The notes beneath the pieces were generated by a model. That model did not search any database. It was not told the origin of the DNA and worked only from the letters and a program-made list of their open reading frames with translations. Position numbers and translations under genes: made by a program. Shown one piece after another: positions 28,877 through 39,472 of a DNA stretch of 64,000 bases. Origin of the DNA: an uncultured delta proteobacterium (GTDB lineage: Bacteria > Myxococcota > Myxococcia > Myxococcales > Myxococcaceae); the NCBI GenBank assembly GCA_963771175.1, contig CAVYSY010000040.1, positions 352,001 through 416,000 of the forward strand. Reading direction: 5' to 3'. Every line of letters begins with the position of its first letter. Position 1 is the first letter of the stretch.

Positions 28877-31800
28877 ATGAAGATCAATTCCGGCAATCCG
28901 GTTCGTCACACGTCCATCACGGGTCCGAAGCACGACTCGAGCGCCTTGATGGCCATGGGCGAGCTGAGCCTGATGTCGCCTCCCATCTCGGGTGAGGCGA
29001 TGAAGAACGCCATCCTCAAGGGCATCGCCGACGGGGACAACAAGGCGGCGTCGGGCGAGTTCAAGGTCGTCCAGCAGTGGGTGGACAAGAACGGGGACAA
29101 GCTGTCGCCCGAGGCGCGGAAGATGTTCGACGTCTACGCGTCCTATGCGGGCCGCGCGCAGGCCGCTGGCCACCCGGGACTGTCCCAGGCCGAGATGAGC
29201 CGGATGCAGGCGGACATGAACCGCACGCTGGTGTCGGGTAACACGGGCTGGGTCCCGCCCACGCACACCGAGATTCCGCCCGGTGGCATCATCCGCCGCG
29301 ACTTCGACGCGAGCGCGGCGGCGGCTCTGGGCAAGCTGGACAAGACGCCGGGGATGATCAACGGCGACGAGATGATGGAAGCCATCAAGGAGGGCATCCA
29401 GGACCCCGATGGCCACGGCGCCTCGTCCGAGTTCAAGCAGTTCATGGACTGGGCGAAGAAGAACCAGAGCCGCCTGTCGCCCGAGGCGAAGCAGGTCCTG
29501 GGCATCTATCAGCGGCACGCCGTCATGGCGAAGCTGACGGGCCAGGAGGGCATCCCCGCCGCTGACTACAAGCGGATGATCGACCAGATGAAGAACGTCC
29601 AGGATGCCAGCGTCGCGTCCACGCTGGGCGAGCTGGACAAGACGCAGGGCCCCATCAACGGGGACCAGATGGCGGCGGCCATCGAGAAGGGCGTGCAGGA
29701 CCTGGACGGCAAGGGCGCCACCGACGAGCTCAAGCAGTTCATGGACTGGGCGAAGAAGAACGAGAGCCGCCTGTCGCCCGAGGCGAAGCAGACGCTGGCC
29801 ATCTACGAGAAGTACGGCAAGGCGGCGCAGGCCAAGGGCCAGAGCGGTATCAGCATCGGTGACTTCAAGAAGATGGTCGCCGAGATGAAGAACGTGAAGG
29901 ACGCCAGCGTCACGGCGGCCCTCGGCGGGCTGGACAAGACGCAGGGCCCCATCAACGGGGACCAGATGGCGGCGGCCATCGAGAAGGGCGTGCAGGACCT
30001 GGACGGCAAGGGCGCCACGGACGAGTTCAAGCAGTTCGCCGACTGGGCCAAGAAGAACGAGTCGCGCCTGTCGCCCGAGGCCAAGGAGGTGCTGGCCACC
30101 TACGAGAAGTACGCCAAGGCGGCCCAGGCCAAGGGGCAGAGCGGCATCTCCGTGGCGGACTTCCAGAAGATGACCGCGGAGATGCACGCGGTGAAGGACG
30201 CCAGCGTGTCGGCGGCCCTGTCCCAGCTCGACCGCGGCTTTGGCCCCATCAACGGGGACCAGATGGCGGCGGCCATCGAGCAGGGCGTGCGCGACCTGGA
30301 CGGCAAGGGCGCCACGGACGAGTTCAAGCAGTTCGCTGACTGGGCGAAGAAGAACGAGTCGCGCCTGTCGCCCGAGGCCAAGGAGGTGCTGGCCACCTAC
30401 GAGAAGTACGCCAAGGCGGCCCAGGCCAAGGGGCAGAGCGGCATCTCGCTGGGTGACTTCTCTCGGATGGTCGCCGAGATGAAGAACGTGAAGGACGCCA
30501 GCGTGTCGGCCGAGCTGTCGCGGTTGGACCGCATGCCGGGCCCCATCAACGGGGACCAGATGGCGGCGGCCATCGAGCGCGGCGTCAGCGACTTCGACGG
30601 CAAGTCGGCCACGGACGAGTTCAAGCAGTTCGCTGACTGGGCCAAGGCCAACCCGAACAAGCTGTCGCCCGAGGCCAAGCAGGTGCTGGGCGTCTACGAG
30701 AAGTACGCCAAGGCGGCCCAGGCCAAGGGCCAGAGCGGCATGGCCCTGGTCGACTTCAAGAAGATGGTCGCCGAGATGAAGAACGTGAAGGACGCGAGCG
30801 TCAGCGCGGCCCTCGGCGAGCTCGACAAGGCCAAGGGCCCCATCAATGGGGACCAGATGGCGGCGGCCATCGAGAAGGGCGTGCGCGACCTGGACGGCAA
30901 GGCGGCCACCGACGAGTTCAAGCAGTTCGCCGACTGGGCGAAGAAGAACGAGTCGCGTCTGTCGCCCGAGGCCAAGCAGGTGCTGGGCGTCTACGAGAAG
31001 TACGCCAAGGCGGCCCAGGCCAAGGGCCAGAGCGGTATCTCCGTGGCGGACTTCAAGAAGATGACCGCGGAGATGAACGCGGTGAAGGACGCCAGCGTGT
31101 CGGCGGCCCTGGCGCAGCTCGACAGCCAGAAGGGCCCCATCAACGGGGACCAGATGGCGGCGGCCATCCAGAAGGGCATGCAGCGACCCGGACAACAAGG
31201 CGGCCACCGACGAGTTCAAGCAGTTCGCCGACTGGGCCAAGAAGAACCAGAGCAAGCTGTCGCCCGAGGCCAAGCAGGTGCTGGGCGTCTACGAGAAGTA
31301 CGCCAAGGCGGCCCAGGCCAAGGGCCAGAGCGGTATCTCCGTGGCGGACTTCAAGAAGATGACCGCGGAGATGCACGCGGTGAAGGACGCCAGCGTGTCG
31401 GCGGCCCTGGCGCAGCTCGACAACCAGAAGGGCCCCATCAACGGGGACCAGATGGCGGCGGCCATCCAGAAGGGCATCAGCGACCCGGACAACAAGGCGG
31501 CCACCGACGAGTTCAAGCAGTTCGCCGACTGGGCCAAGAAGAACCAGAGCAAGCTGTCGCCCGAGGCCAAGCAGGTGCTGGGCGTCTACGAGAAGTACGC
31601 CAAGGCGGCCCAGGCCAAGGGCCAGAGCGGCATCTCCGTGGCGGACTTCAAGAAGATGACCGCGGAGATGAACGCGGTGAAGGACGCGAGCGTCAGCGCG
31701 GCCCTGGCGCAGCTCGACAACCAGAAGGGCCCCATCAACGGGGACCAGATGGCGGCGGCCATCCAGAAGGGCGTGCAGGACCTGGACGGCAAGGCGGCCA

Positions 31801-32916
31801 CCGACGAGTTCAAGCAGTTCGCCGACTGGGCCAAGAAGAACGAGTCGCGCCTGTCGCCCGAGGCCAAGCAGGTGCTGGGCGTCTACGAGAAGTACGCCAA
31901 GACGGCTCAGGCCCGCGGCGAGTCCGGCATCCCGCTCAGCGAGTTCAAGCAGATGGTCGCCGAGATGAAGGGCGTCCAGGACGCCGGTGCGACGAAGGAG
32001 CTGGCTCGACTGGACCGCATGCCGGCCCCCATCAACGGGGACCAGCTGGCGGCCGCCATCGAGCGTGGCGTGGGTGACAAGGACAACAAGGGCGCCACCG
32101 ACGAGTTCAAGCAGTTCGCCGACTGGGCCAGGAAGAACGAGAGCAAGCTGTCGCCCGAGGCCAAGCAGGTGCTGGGCGTCTACGAGAAGTACGCCAAGGC
32201 CGCCCAGGCCAAGGGCCAGTCGGGCATCCCCGAGGCCGAGTTCAAGAAGATGGTCTCCGAGAATGAAGGGCGTCCACGACGTCGGCGCGTCGAAGGAGCT
32301 GGCGAAGCTGGATGCCCACAAGGGCCCCATCAACGGGGACCAGCTGGCGGCGGCCATCGAGCGCGGCACTCGTGACCTGGACGGCAAGGCGGCGTCCGAC
32401 GAGTTCAAGCAGTTCGCCGACTGGGCCAAGAAGAACCAGAGCCGGCTGTCGCCCGAGGCCAAGCAGGTGATGGACATCTACGAGAAGTACGCCAAGGCGG
32501 CCCAGGCCAAGGGCCAGGCGGGCATCGCCCCGGCGGACTACAAGAAGATGGTCTCCGAGATGAAGGGCGTGCAGGACGCGGGCGTGGCCCGCGAGCTGGC
32601 GAAGCTGGACTCCCACAAGGGCCCCGTCAGCGGCGATCAGCTCACCTCGGCCATCGACCGGGGCGTGCGTGACCCGGACAACAAGGCGGCCACGGACGAG
32701 TTCAAGCAGTTCGCCGACTGGGCCAAGAAGCACCCGGCCAAGCTGTCGCCCGAGGCCAAGCAGGTGATGGACATCTACGAGAAGTACGCCAAGGCCGCCC
32801 AGGCCAAGGGCCAGAGCGGCATCGACCCGGCGGAGTACAAGAAGATGGTCTCCGAGATGCGCTCGGCGTCGCGGCCGGGCAACTCCGGAGGCTTCAACTC
32901 GTACGTCATCCGCTAG
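28877..32916 (+). CDS. Tandem-repeat protein (13 x ~99 aa), ~1345 aa once two +1 frameshifts are removed
   Basis: AAGGAG RBS, ATG at 28877. Extra G at ~31180 and extra A at ~32262 relative to sibling repeats. TAG at 32914-32916. Confidence 0.85.
28937..32860 (+). repeat. 297-bp coding tandem repeat array, 13 units
   Basis: The CCATCAA(C/T)GGGGACCA marker recurs at about 29652, 29949, 30246, 30543, 30840, 31137, 31435, 31732, 32029 and 32327. Diverged copies occur near 28984, 29357 and 32625. Confidence 0.95.
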
Positions 32917-32945
32917 TCTGCGGTAGCGGACTCACCTTGATGTAG

Positions 32946-32985
32946 GGGGCGGGTCGGTATGCAGCCGACCCGCCCCTGTACTTTT
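32946..32985 (+). terminator. Rho-independent terminator candidate
   Basis: 12-bp perfect stem GGGGCGGGTCGG-N7-CCGACCCGCCCC followed by TGTACTTTT. Confidence 0.7.
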
Positions 32986-33003
32986 CAGGAGGACTCTCCC
33001 CTG

Positions 33004-34962
33004 GTGTCAGTCGAGCCTCAGTCCACCAGCATCCTGATCGTGGAGCACGTCCCGGCCGAGCTGCTGGACGTGGAGGCCACCCTGTCGCCCCTGGGGTATC
33101 GGCTGGTGAAGGCCTCGTCCGGCCGCGCGGTCCGAGAGCTCCTCCCGCGCATGGAGTGGAGATGCATCGTGGCGGACGTGCAGGCGCCGGACCTGGACGT
33201 GCTCGCGACGCTCCTTCCTCACACGCCCCTCTTGTTGCTCACGCCCACGCCTCGGGACGAGGCCGCGCTGCTGCGGGGTCTCTCCTTCGGGGGCGTGGAG
33301 TACCTGCTCAAGCCGTTTGCCCCGGACGTGCTGCGCGCTCGGGTGGCGGCCCTGGTCGAGCGGTTCCAGCGGGTCCGGGCGCGGGAGGCGCTCTTTCACG
33401 AGCGCGAGTCCGAAGCACTCTGGCGGTCCGCGAGAGAGCAGCTCTACGCCGTCCTGCAAGAGGCTCCCGCGCTCATCAATCTCTTTCACGGGCCCGAGCA
33501 CGTCCTCGAGTTCGTCAATACGGCGGCCGAGAAGATCACGCCAGGCGTGAAGGCCTTCCTGGGCCAGCCAGCCCGGCTGGCCCTGCCGCATCTCGAGGGG
33601 CAGGGGTTCTTCGAGCTGCTCGACCACGTGCTCCAGACGGGGGCGCCTGCTGTCGTCCTGGAGCCCTCGCTCTGGCTTCCGTTGGAGGGTGGGGGAGCGG
33701 AGACCCGTTCCTTCCACCTCGTGTACCAGCCGCTGCACGGGCTGGATGGCCACGTCGAGGGAGTGGCCTTCGTCGCCATCGAGGTCACCGAGTTGGTCCG
33801 CGCGCGGCAGCGGGCCGAGGCGCTCGCCGATGACCTGCGCCGCAGCGAGGAGCGGTTCCGCACGTTCGCCGAGGCCACGTCCATCATCCTCTGGAGCGCC
33901 GACCACACGGGCAACATCGTGGAGGACTCGCCCTCCTGGAGGGGGTTCACGGGCCAGGCCTACGCGCAGTGGCGGGGCGATGGGTGGCTTGACGCCATCC
34001 ACCCGGAGGACCGGGCCAGGGCCGCGGACGTCTGGCATCGTGCCTATGCCTCGCGCACGCTCTACGCGGTCGAGTACCGACTGGCGCGGAAGGAGGGGGG
34101 CTACAGCCACGTGCTGATGCGGGGCGTTCCCTTGTTCTACCCGGATGGCTCCCTGCGCGAGTGGGCGGGCACCATCGCCGACATCACCGAGCGCAAGCAG
34201 GCCAGCGAGGAGCGCGAGCGCATCCTCGGGGAGCTGGCCGGGGCCGTGCGGGCCCGGGACGAGTTCCTCTCCGTGGCCAGCCACGAGCTGAAGACCCCGC
34301 TCACCCCGTTGAACCTCAAGCTGCAGCTCCTGGCGAGGGCCGTCGGGGCGGGGGGCGTCACCGCCGAGCGGCTGCTGGGGGACATCGAGGTGTTGTGCCG
34401 GCAGGTGAAGCGCCTGGCGGACCTGGTGAACGATCTGCTGGATGTCTCGCGCCTCTCCGCGGGGCGGCTCGTGCTCGACCTGGAGCAGGTGGACCTGTCC
34501 GCCGTGGTGCGCGAGGTCGCGTCCCAGTTCGAGCCGCAGGCGGCGAAGGCGGGATGCCGGCTCGAGTTCCAGATGGAGGAGCGGGTCGTCGGCCACTGGG
34601 ATCGGCTCCGGTTGGAGCAGGTGGTGGTGAATCTCCTGTCCAATGCCATCAAGTACGGCGCGGGCAGCCCGGTCCACGTTCGGGTCGAGGCGGACGGCGA
34701 GCGGGCCCGCCTGTTGGTGCGAGACGAGGGAATCGGCATCGAGCCCGAGCACCTGGAGCGCATCTTCGGGAAGTTCGAGCGCGCGGTGTCGGAGCGGCAC
34801 TACGGAGGGCTCGGGCTGGGCCTCTACATCACCCGGCAGGTGGTGGAGGTGCTGGGAGGCACCGTGAGCGCGGAGAGCCGCCCGGAGCAGGGCGCCTCCT
34901 TCCGCGTGGAATTGCCCCTCCGAGGGCCGGCGGAAGCTCAGCAGCCGCGCAGGGAAACTTGA
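33004..34962 (+). CDS. Hybrid sensor kinase: receiver-like + 2 PAS + HisKA/HATPase
   Basis: ILIVEH...IVADVQAP...YLLKPF receiver; PAS segments (IHPEDR, DITERK); ASHELKTPL, NLLSNAIKY, DEGIGI, GLGLGL. GTG at 33004 with AGGAGG RBS. Confidence 0.9.
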   Translation: MSVEPQSTSILIVEHVPAELLDVEATLSPLGYRLVKASSGRAVRELLPRMEWRCIVADVQAPDLDVLATLLPHTPLLLLTPTPRDEAALLRGLSFGGVEYLLKPFAPDVLRARVAALVERFQRVRAREALFHERESEALWRSAREQLYAVLQEAPALINLFHGPEHVLEFVNTAAEKITPGVKAFLGQPARLALPHLEGQGFFELLDHVLQTGAPAVVLEPSLWLPLEGGGAETRSFHLVYQPLHGLDGHVEGVAFVAIEVTELVRARQRAEALADDLRRSEERFRTFAEATSIILWSADHTGNIVEDSPSWRGFTGQAYAQWRGDGWLDAIHPEDRARAADVWHRAYASRTLYAVEYRLARKEGGYSHVLMRGVPLFYPDGSLREWAGTIADITERKQASEERERILGELAGAVRARDEFLSVASHELKTPLTPLNLKLQLLARAVGAGGVTAERLLGDIEVLCRQVKRLADLVNDLLDVSRLSAGRLVLDLEQVDLSAVVREVASQFEPQAAKAGCRLEFQMEERVVGHWDRLRLEQVVVNLLSNAIKYGAGSPVHVRVEADGERARLLVRDEGIGIEPEHLERIFGKFERAVSERHYGGLGLGLYITRQVVEVLGGTVSAESRPEQGASFRVELPLRGPAEAQQPRRET

Positions 34963-35017
34963 GTCCAGGTCCACCTCCGCCGTCCTCATCCGGGGCAGGC
35001 TCACACGTTGACGGCCC

Positions 35018-38000
35018 GTGCCTCGGAACGTACGGTTCTGGTCTCTTGTCGGAGGCGGCTTGAAGACCCACGCGCCGAACGGTCGTCCCTCCCGGACGGA
35101 GGCGTCCCGCGAGCCCGCGCGCCCAACCCGTGAGCGCGTGAGCGAGCATTCCGCGTCGACGCGCCACGAGGCTCCGTCCGTGGCGCCGCCTTCGCTCGAC
35201 TTCCACCTCGCCAGTCTGTCCATCTTCCCGCCGGACAGTGCTCCCTCGCCCGAGAGCCACCCCGATGTCGCCAGCGCCCTCGCGCGGCGCGGTGGCGGAC
35301 TGCCGCTCGCGCCGGAGTTGCGCGCGGAGCTGGAACCGACCCTCGGCGTGGTGCTCGGTGGCGTCCGCGTGCACGACGGGCCCGCCGCGGCCGCCGCGGC
35401 CGCCATGCTCCACGCCGACGCCTTCACGGCGGGTCACGACGTGTTCTTCGCGAGCGGCCGCTTCGCTCCGGAGAGCGCTGATGGCAAGCGCCTGCTGGTT
35501 CACGAGCTCGCGCATGTCGCGCAGGTCGGGCGCGGCGCCGCCTCCGCGGGTTCGCGCCTCAGCACGCCGGGCGAGCCTCTGGAGCGTGAGGCGCGCGAGC
35601 TCGCCGCGCGCGGCGGCGAGGGTGTGGCGGATCGCGCGGCGGCGCCGCTGCGTCCGTTGCTGCCCGTGCCCGCGCAGGTGCCGATCTTCCGCGACGCTCC
35701 GAAGCCGCTGTCGATTCCGCGCATCCACCTGTCGCAACAGGGCGAGCTCCTCCAGCTCACCCTGAACGGCGTCATCATCGCGGTTGGCGAGGGGCCCGCC
35801 AACGGGAGCGCCTCCGTCAGGACGGTCCTCGTCGAGGGGCGCTTCGGCCTGGTGGTTCAGCTGGGGCCGGGGCAGACGATGCGGTTCCTGCGGCCCCAGG
35901 TGACGCAGTCGCTCGGCGCCGTCGCGCCCGTCTACGGCGCGGTGATCCTCGCGCCTGGGCTGCCTCGCGGTGAGCTGGACCTCGGTCCCTCGCTGGAGGT
36001 CCTCGACAAGGTGCAGTCGTCGATGGCCCCGTCCGGCGCCGCGAAGACGGCGGACAAACCGCGTCCGCCGCCGAAGACGAACCAGGAGTCCAAGGCGAAT
36101 GCTACCGCCGCCGCGCTCGCGAGCGAGTTCCCGCTGCTGACCGGCGAACCCGAGGAAGTGGCGCAGGAGCCCGCGCAGGTGCCGGACGAGGACACGCTGC
36201 CCGCGGGGGCGCTGCGGCCGCGGATGCCCATCGAGCTCGATCCCGCGCGGCCGGATCGCTTCCTCGTCCCCGAAGGCTACACGCGACCTGAGATCGCGGC
36301 GGCGCTGCTCGGTGACGCGAGCGCGCTGAACCTCTTCGAGGTCGAGGAGGGGGCCGCGCCGACCACCGCGGAGGGCACGCCGCGCCGCTACGTGCGCGTC
36401 ACGGCGCCGGACCGACTCACGGGTGACGCCCTCGAGAAGGTGCGCGCGCGCCTCGAACAAGACCTCCGATCCGACGTCGCCTGGACCCTCGCGAAGCTCT
36501 CCGAGGGGACGATTGACGATGCCGACGAGTGGGAGCTCGTCGAGCGCGCGCTGCGCTGGTCGCAGTACTCCGGGATCCGGGATGCGGCGGGCGTGAGCTA
36601 CTTCGACCGCTACCTCGACGCGCTCGCCGCGCGCAGCCTGAAGCAGCCGCACTGGTACACCCTCACGCTCACCAGCGCGTCGCACACGGCGCTGGAGTGG
36701 CTCCTCATCGAGACCGAGGAGAAGGCCGAGCAGCTCCAGAAGGCGATCGCGCTCCGCTCGAAGAAGCACAAGGTCGCCTACACCGTCACCGATGCCGCGC
36801 CCGCCCTGGCGCGGGGTGACGTCGCGGGCCGTTTCTTCTGGTCGAGTGGTGGCGGCATCCAGATCCACGTCATCACCCAGCTCGCCGACGAGCCCACGTT
36901 GGAGCGCGCCGACATCCGCACCCGCAACTCAACGGTGTGGGGCGGCATGCGGATCCTCATCCCCGGTGCGGACGGCCGCTTTCGCGGCTACGGCGTGGAC
37001 TTCGCGACGATCCTCGGCAACACGCACCCGCTCGACGACCCCAGTGGCCACTTCGCCTGGTACTACCCGGGGACAATCTTCATCCGCCCCGGCGAGACCC
37101 GCCTCGGGCAGGGCGCCGGCGAAGGCGACGCGCTCGCGTTGCGGCAGTCGATCGTCACCGACGCGCTCGCGCAAGCGACGGTCGAGAAGCCGTGGCCGCT
37201 GCTCGGGCTCGACTACGACGTGCTGGAGTTGTTCACGCCGGCTCAGCGCGCCGAGGCGTTCGAAAAGGTGATCGGCGGGCCAGGCCTCGAGCACCCGAAC
37301 GGCATCGGCTTCCTCGCGCGCGTGCTCGCCTCCACGTCGGATCGGGACTTCCCGCTCCTCGAGCGCAAGCTCACCGACGGCGGCGTGCTGCTGAAGCTGA
37401 TGGCGAGCAACTCTCCGGCGAAGATGGAGCTCGGCCAGGCCTTCACCCTCAAGGCGCTCGCCGCCGAGCCGCTCGCGCTGGACTCGCTCGACAAGCTGCC
37501 GACGTTTCACCTCGGGCGCGAGGGCGAGACGACGCACATGTTGTCCACGCCCGTCGAGCAGGTGAGCACTCAGCTCGTCGAGCCGGGGAAGTGGGATCCG
37601 ATGCAGGGCGTGAGCCTGCGGGCGGAGCCGGCCGCGCCCGGTGAGACGCCCGGTCCCGCGACGCGGACCGCGCTTCGCTTCCAGCCCGTGACGCACAGGT
37701 TCCAGGCGCGCTACACGTCGACGTCCGAGCTGGGCGCGAAGAGCAGGGCGCTGCACCCGTTGGAGCTCGTGCGCGTCGAGCTCCACGGCCCGAAGCCGCA
37801 GGTCCGCATCATGACGGCGATGGAGCTGATGCTGACGGCTTCCATCGCCGACCCCTCGCTCATCTGGTCGGCCGTGGGCCGCATCGGTGAGATGCACATG
37901 ATCTACGGAGGCGTCTCCGGGCTGGCGCGCGGCCTGGCGGCGGCGCCGCTCACGGCCGAGGGGGCGCTGGCCCGCGCCGAGGGTGCGGTCGCCGCCGAGG

Positions 38001-39472
38001 GCGTGGCGGCGGCGCGCCAGGCCGCCGTGCGACAATTCATCGGCCGTGCCCTGCTCGTCTCGACGATGGCGGCGGTCGACACCTACCGGGACGAGCTGTC
38101 GAAGACGGAGGAGGGACGGGCGTTCCTCGCCGTCTACGACGTGGCCATGGTGGCGCTCGCCGCGCGCGACATCTACAGGCTCGCGTCGTCGGGGATGCTG
38201 CGCGAGCTGGTGGTGCGCGGCGAGGCCCTGCTGCGGCGGCTCGGCAGCGGCGCGTCCGCGTCCCTGCGCGAGGCGATCGACTCCGCCAAGGCGCTCCAGC
38301 TCACCATCGACCGCCTGCTGGCGGAGAAGAAGATCTCGATCACCCCCGAGGGCGTCGTCTGGAACGTCGCCGAAGGGGAGGGGGCCTTCAAGCAGATCTT
38401 CTTCTCGGTGCGCGCGGAGCTCGCGGCCGGACGCACGGTCAGCGGCCTGCGTGCGGCGGGCCTCTCGACCGCGACGGCGGAGCGCACGCTCGAGGCGTTG
38501 AAGGAGCTCGCCAAGGAGAGCGAGGAGGCGGCGCGCGCGTACAACGCGGTCGCGCGTCGCGCCGCGGGAATGCCGGCGGCGGAGGCAGACCGGTACCTGT
38601 CGGCGATCGACTCTCTGCGCTCGGCGACGCCCTCGACGCTGCGAGGTGGCCTCCCGTCCATCCTCCGCGCGTCCGGCACGGCGGCCGCCGCGGATCCCGT
38701 GGCGCTGCTGCAGGACGCCGAGTGGTTGTTCAAACAGCCTGGGCTCTCCGCGGACGCCGCGCAGACCCTCGCGGCGAAGGTGGCCGAGAGCGCGCTCGAC
38801 CTGCGCTGGTTGCGCACGACGAGCCTCACGATGGAGGACCTGAACTTCCTCGCGCGCGATCCGAAGACGCCGTGGGACCTCCTGCGGCGCGCGGCGGCGG
38901 ACCCCAACAATCGCGCGCTGCAAATTCTCGCCCGCACGCGCCTCCGCGGCATCGCCGGCGAGGTCGTCACCGAGCGCTCAGCGAGCAAGGTGTTCCCTGG
39001 GTACCGCCTCACCGGGCGCCAGGTGGATCTGCCCGGCGGTCACGTCGTCGACTTCGAGCTGGCGGCGACGGACGGCACCGGGCTCCGGCACGCGCTCGAG
39101 GTGAAGGGCTGGACGCGCGACGTGTGGCGCGATGCGCTGAACGCGTGGGTGGCGGCGGGATCGCCGGTGGGCGAGGAGGCGATGGTGCTCGCCGCCGCGA
39201 ACGTGTCGAAGGATCAGGCGAGGCTGCTGAAGCAACTGGGGGGGCTCGTCGCGCAGCTCGGGGACGCCGCGAGCGCGCCGCGCGGCAATCCCTTCCTGGT
39301 GGTCACGTCGGGGCTGAGTGGGCCGACGAGCACGAAGCTGCGCGCCTTCCTGTCGAAGATGGCTCCTGGCGTCGAAGTGCGCGCGATCAGCGAAGAGGAG
39401 ATCCTCGCCGCATCGCGGCGGCTGCGAAGCGCGTTCGGGCTGCCGGAGGCGTTGCCGGAGGTACCAGAATGA
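35018..39472 (+). CDS. DUF4157 (eCIS-associated) polymorphic toxin with C-terminal PD-(D/E)xK nuclease-like domain
   Basis: GGGLPLAPELRAELE...VRVHDG...ADAFTAGHDVFF...LLVHELAHVAQ matches DUF4157. C-terminal GIAGE...VDFEL...ALEVKGW. Start uncertain. Confidence 0.8.
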   Translation: MPRNVRFWSLVGGGLKTHAPNGRPSRTEASREPARPTRERVSEHSASTRHEAPSVAPPSLDFHLASLSIFPPDSAPSPESHPDVASALARRGGGLPLAPELRAELEPTLGVVLGGVRVHDGPAAAAAAAMLHADAFTAGHDVFFASGRFAPESADGKRLLVHELAHVAQVGRGAASAGSRLSTPGEPLEREARELAARGGEGVADRAAAPLRPLLPVPAQVPIFRDAPKPLSIPRIHLSQQGELLQLTLNGVIIAVGEGPANGSASVRTVLVEGRFGLVVQLGPGQTMRFLRPQVTQSLGAVAPVYGAVILAPGLPRGELDLGPSLEVLDKVQSSMAPSGAAKTADKPRPPPKTNQESKANATAAALASEFPLLTGEPEEVAQEPAQVPDEDTLPAGALRPRMPIELDPARPDRFLVPEGYTRPEIAAALLGDASALNLFEVEEGAAPTTAEGTPRRYVRVTAPDRLTGDALEKVRARLEQDLRSDVAWTLAKLSEGTIDDADEWELVERALRWSQYSGIRDAAGVSYFDRYLDALAARSLKQPHWYTLTLTSASHTALEWLLIETEEKAEQLQKAIALRSKKHKVAYTVTDAAPALARGDVAGRFFWSSGGGIQIHVITQLADEPTLERADIRTRNSTVWGGMRILIPGADGRFRGYGVDFATILGNTHPLDDPSGHFAWYYPGTIFIRPGETRLGQGAGEGDALALRQSIVTDALAQATVEKPWPLLGLDYDVLELFTPAQRAEAFEKVIGGPGLEHPNGIGFLARVLASTSDRDFPLLERKLTDGGVLLKLMASNSPAKMELGQAFTLKALAAEPLALDSLDKLPTFHLGREGETTHMLSTPVEQVSTQLVEPGKWDPMQGVSLRAEPAAPGETPGPATRTALRFQPVTHRFQARYTSTSELGAKSRALHPLELVRVELHGPKPQVRIMTAMELMLTASIADPSLIWSAVGRIGEMHMIYGGVSGLARGLAAAPLTAEGALARAEGAVAAEGVAAARQAAVRQFIGRALLVSTMAAVDTYRDELSKTEEGRAFLAVYDVAMVALAARDIYRLASSGMLRELVVRGEALLRRLGSGASASLREAIDSAKALQLTIDRLLAEKKISITPEGVVWNVAEGEGAFKQIFFSVRAELAAGRTVSGLRAAGLSTATAERTLEALKELAKESEEAARAYNAVARRAAGMPAAEADRYLSAIDSLRSATPSTLRGGLPSILRASGTAAAADPVALLQDAEWLFKQPGLSADAAQTLAAKVAESALDLRWLRTTSLTMEDLNFLARDPKTPWDLLRRAAADPNNRALQILARTRLRGIAGEVVTERSASKVFPGYRLTGRQVDLPGGHVVDFELAATDGTGLRHALEVKGWTRDVWRDALNAWVAAGSPVGEEAMVLAAANVSKDQARLLKQLGGLVAQLGDAASAPRGNPFLVVTSGLSGPTSTKLRAFLSKMAPGVEVRAISEEEILAASRRLRSAFGLPEALPEVPE

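Noticed and set aside
28667..31273. Upstream part of the 1298-aa minus-strand ORF and many other long antisense ORFs (e.g. 2488-4836, 11246-13810, 15295-17454, 33007-35427)
   Set aside because: These are shadow frames of high-GC genes. Only the last ~430 aa of the 27377-31273 ORF (the GTPase) carry real motifs.
31170..32270. Programmed frameshifting in the repeat gene
   Set aside because: The single extra bases are not in slippery sequences and are absent from sibling repeats; best explained as sequencing errors.
28937..32860. Repeat array as a CRISPR or non-coding repeat
   Set aside because: Units are 297 bp, contiguous, in frame and without spacers; no cas genes are present.
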